IMG/VR virus record: IMGVR_UViG_3300045988_011306
Span: 1 to 23,150 of that record
Direction: 5' to 3' (one strand)
Source of the DNA: a virus
DNA length: 23,150 bases
Both the position numbers and the translations under genes were made by a program. Within the stretch, counting starts at the first letter, position 1; the number at the start of each line of letters is the position of its first letter. The notes under the pieces were generated by a model that made no database searches, had not been told where the DNA came from, and saw only the letters and a list, made by a program, of their open reading frames with translations. Positions 21,725 through 23,150 of the stretch are shown one piece after another.

Positions 21725-21844
21725 CTATTTAATTAATTCTTTTCTCTGAGCTTCTGTAATCCATCCAATAGAAACAAACATTTCTAAATCGCTCTTTGTA
21801 AATAAGCCTAATTCATAATACGATTTGATTAATTCATAACTCAT
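21725..21844 (-). CDS. xkdX: XkdX-family small protein (39 aa, below the ORF-track cutoff)
   Basis: MSYELIKSYYELGLFTKSDLEMFVSIGWITEAQRKELIK matches the XkdX pattern (Y..G..T...v..fV..g.IT.e....I). Confidence 0.7.
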   Translation of the reverse strand: MSYELIKSYYELGLFTKSDLEMFVSIGWITEAQRKELIK

Positions 21845-21845
21845 A

Positions 21846-22193
21846 CTACTTCACCCCATTCAATTGAGCTTTTAATTGTGCAATCTGTAGCATTAATTGT
21901 GCATTAATCTTATCTTGCTCAGTCGGTACCGCTTTTGGCTCTTCAATTGTAGGTTTATCTGTTTCTGCGACCTCAATAACTTTACCTTCTACATATTTGT
22001 AGTTATAACGACCATACTCGTCAACTAATCCTTTTTCTAAGTATTTACTTTGTGCGTGAGCATATTTATCGCCTTGGCCTTGGTCAATCTCTGTCATTGT
22101 TTGAATTTCTTCTTCTGATAAGAAAATTTCTGAATTGATAGATGTGATGTATCCATCTTGTAAGGATACGTATACTTTATATTCGTTGTTCAT
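21846..22193 (-). CDS. Hypothetical protein of the tail-fibre module (XkdW position)
   Basis: ATG with AGGAGGAAG upstream. It is tightly coupled to the fibre gene, and its C-terminus is a coiled coil. Confidence 0.45.
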   Translation of the reverse strand: MNNEYKVYVSLQDGYITSINSEIFLSEEEIQTMTEIDQGQGDKYAHAQSKYLEKGLVDEYGRYNYKYVEGKVIEVAETDKPTIEEPKAVPTEQDKINAQLMLQIAQLKAQLNGVK

Positions 22194-22202
22194 AGCTTCC
22201 TC

Positions 22203-23087
22203 CTAATAAATCTCGGCATCAATTTCAACAATACAGATTAATCTAGCGTATCCGTCTAAACCTGTTGTGAATCCAATATAAGGGCACTTATTGTAATCAT
22301 CACTGCCTACTGACCATGCTGTTGATGCTCCTGTAATGTTATACATATCTTGTTGGTCACTGACCGTTATTGTACCTGTAGTTCTAGTTTGAGCCTTAAT
22401 AGGAATTGGAAAATATGTTATTTGAAACCTTGCTACGTATCCGGAAAAGTGTGACTTCATTCTTTGATAAAATCTATAACATTTAGTTAATTCTTCTGCC
22501 ATATTAGGAGCTACAAACGAAGTTGCTACTATACCTTGCTCTAGTTTCATATATTTAAGCGTTATACTCGCTCCAACTGCTAATTGTAAACCTACCGAAT
22601 TAAAGTTATTACTTGAGTTAACTCCTTGAAAAACATTTTTTCCACTAGTTACAGTTTTCCATTCTCCGTCAATTGCAATCCTTACAGTTCCGGAAATACT
22701 TACTACTTCCATTGATACCGTAAAAGGGCCACTTATAGCATTCTCTAATTTTTGTTGGAAGTATCCCTCTTTGTTAGTTGTTCCTCCTGTAGCAGTTATA
22801 GTTACAGTTTTATCAGAATTTACAGTTGCTTTCCCTCTTGAAAGCATCCATCTATCTACTGTATAAATTGGTGATTCTGACGTTGTCGTATATGTACTAG
22901 AACCTCTCTGATTAATTTTGAAATCCGGATTAATCAATAAATTCGGATTACTGAATTTTGTTCCTAAATAATTTGCTAGTTGCGATAATAATCCTTTTTT
23001 CAATCCTGCGCCATTATGCACAGGTAATAAACTATCGTCTGTAAAGCTAGGCAATGCGTCTAATTCATTCACTTGTTTTCCTATCAT
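22203..23087 (-). CDS. Tail fibre / receptor-binding-type protein
   Basis: NPNLLINPDFKINQRG is a motif common in Firmicute phage tail fibres. The N-terminus (LDALPSFTDDSLLPVHNGAGLKKGLLSQLANYL) is also fibre-like. ATG has AAAGGAGG upstream. Confidence 0.6.
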   Translation of the reverse strand: MIGKQVNELDALPSFTDDSLLPVHNGAGLKKGLLSQLANYLGTKFSNPNLLINPDFKINQRGSSTYTTTSESPIYTVDRWMLSRGKATVNSDKTVTITATGGTTNKEGYFQQKLENAISGPFTVSMEVVSISGTVRIAIDGEWKTVTSGKNVFQGVNSSNNFNSVGLQLAVGASITLKYMKLEQGIVATSFVAPNMAEELTKCYRFYQRMKSHFSGYVARFQITYFPIPIKAQTRTTGTITVSDQQDMYNITGASTAWSVGSDDYNKCPYIGFTTGLDGYARLICIVEIDAEIY

Positions 23088-23150
23088 ATTATTCCTCCTT
23101 TTTTTGATATTTAATTAATTAACTAAATTCTTATTTAGTTAGCTAATGTC

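Noticed and set aside
1-23150. tRNA genes, CRISPR arrays, insertion sequences and integrase/attachment sites
   Set aside because: I found no cloverleaf-like GC-rich segments, no regularly spaced direct repeats with unique spacers, no transposase-like ORFs and no integrase motifs on either strand.

Overview
The window is a low-GC, Bacillota-type siphovirus or prophage segment. Every credible gene is on the minus strand; the plus-strand ORFs in the track look like antisense shadows.

Gene order, reading the minus strand from 23150 down to 1:
- A tail-fibre / XkdX module flanked by hairpins.
- A head module: gp7-like minor capsid, scaffold, major capsid, and head-tail joining genes.
- A tail module: major tail, chaperone, Gp15-like, tape measure, Dit, and a Gp37-like tail protein.
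- A TcdE-type holin, then six unusual genes, then a CHAP endolysin.
- Two intrinsic terminators.
- An early region with consensus SigA-type promoters and many small ORFs, including a ribbon-helix-helix protein.
- A recombination set: Sak SSAP, NinB-like protein and RusA.
- A replisome organizer carrying internal iterons.
- A degenerate homing-endonuclease-like gene and a small DNA methyltransferase.

No integrase or repressor module, tRNA or CRISPR array was seen.

Main second-look items:
1. ATA recurs at Shine-Dalgarno distance as the only plausible start codon for the major capsid, major tail, tape measure, Dit and holin genes, the replisome organizer and possibly others.
2. The holin and endolysin are separated by a punctuated cargo island. 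It holds a sigma-region-4-only regulator, Q/N-rich proteins, a Cys-rich membrane protein and a BclA-C-terminal-like protein. The layout resembles holin/endolysin-dependent export loci.
3. The methyltransferase frame is broken in a G9 tract, so it may be phase-variable.
4. A self-contained early operon (promoter with inverted repeat, two small ORFs, RHH gene, terminator) has an acr-aca-like layout.

All homology calls come from reading motifs by eye. No searches were run.
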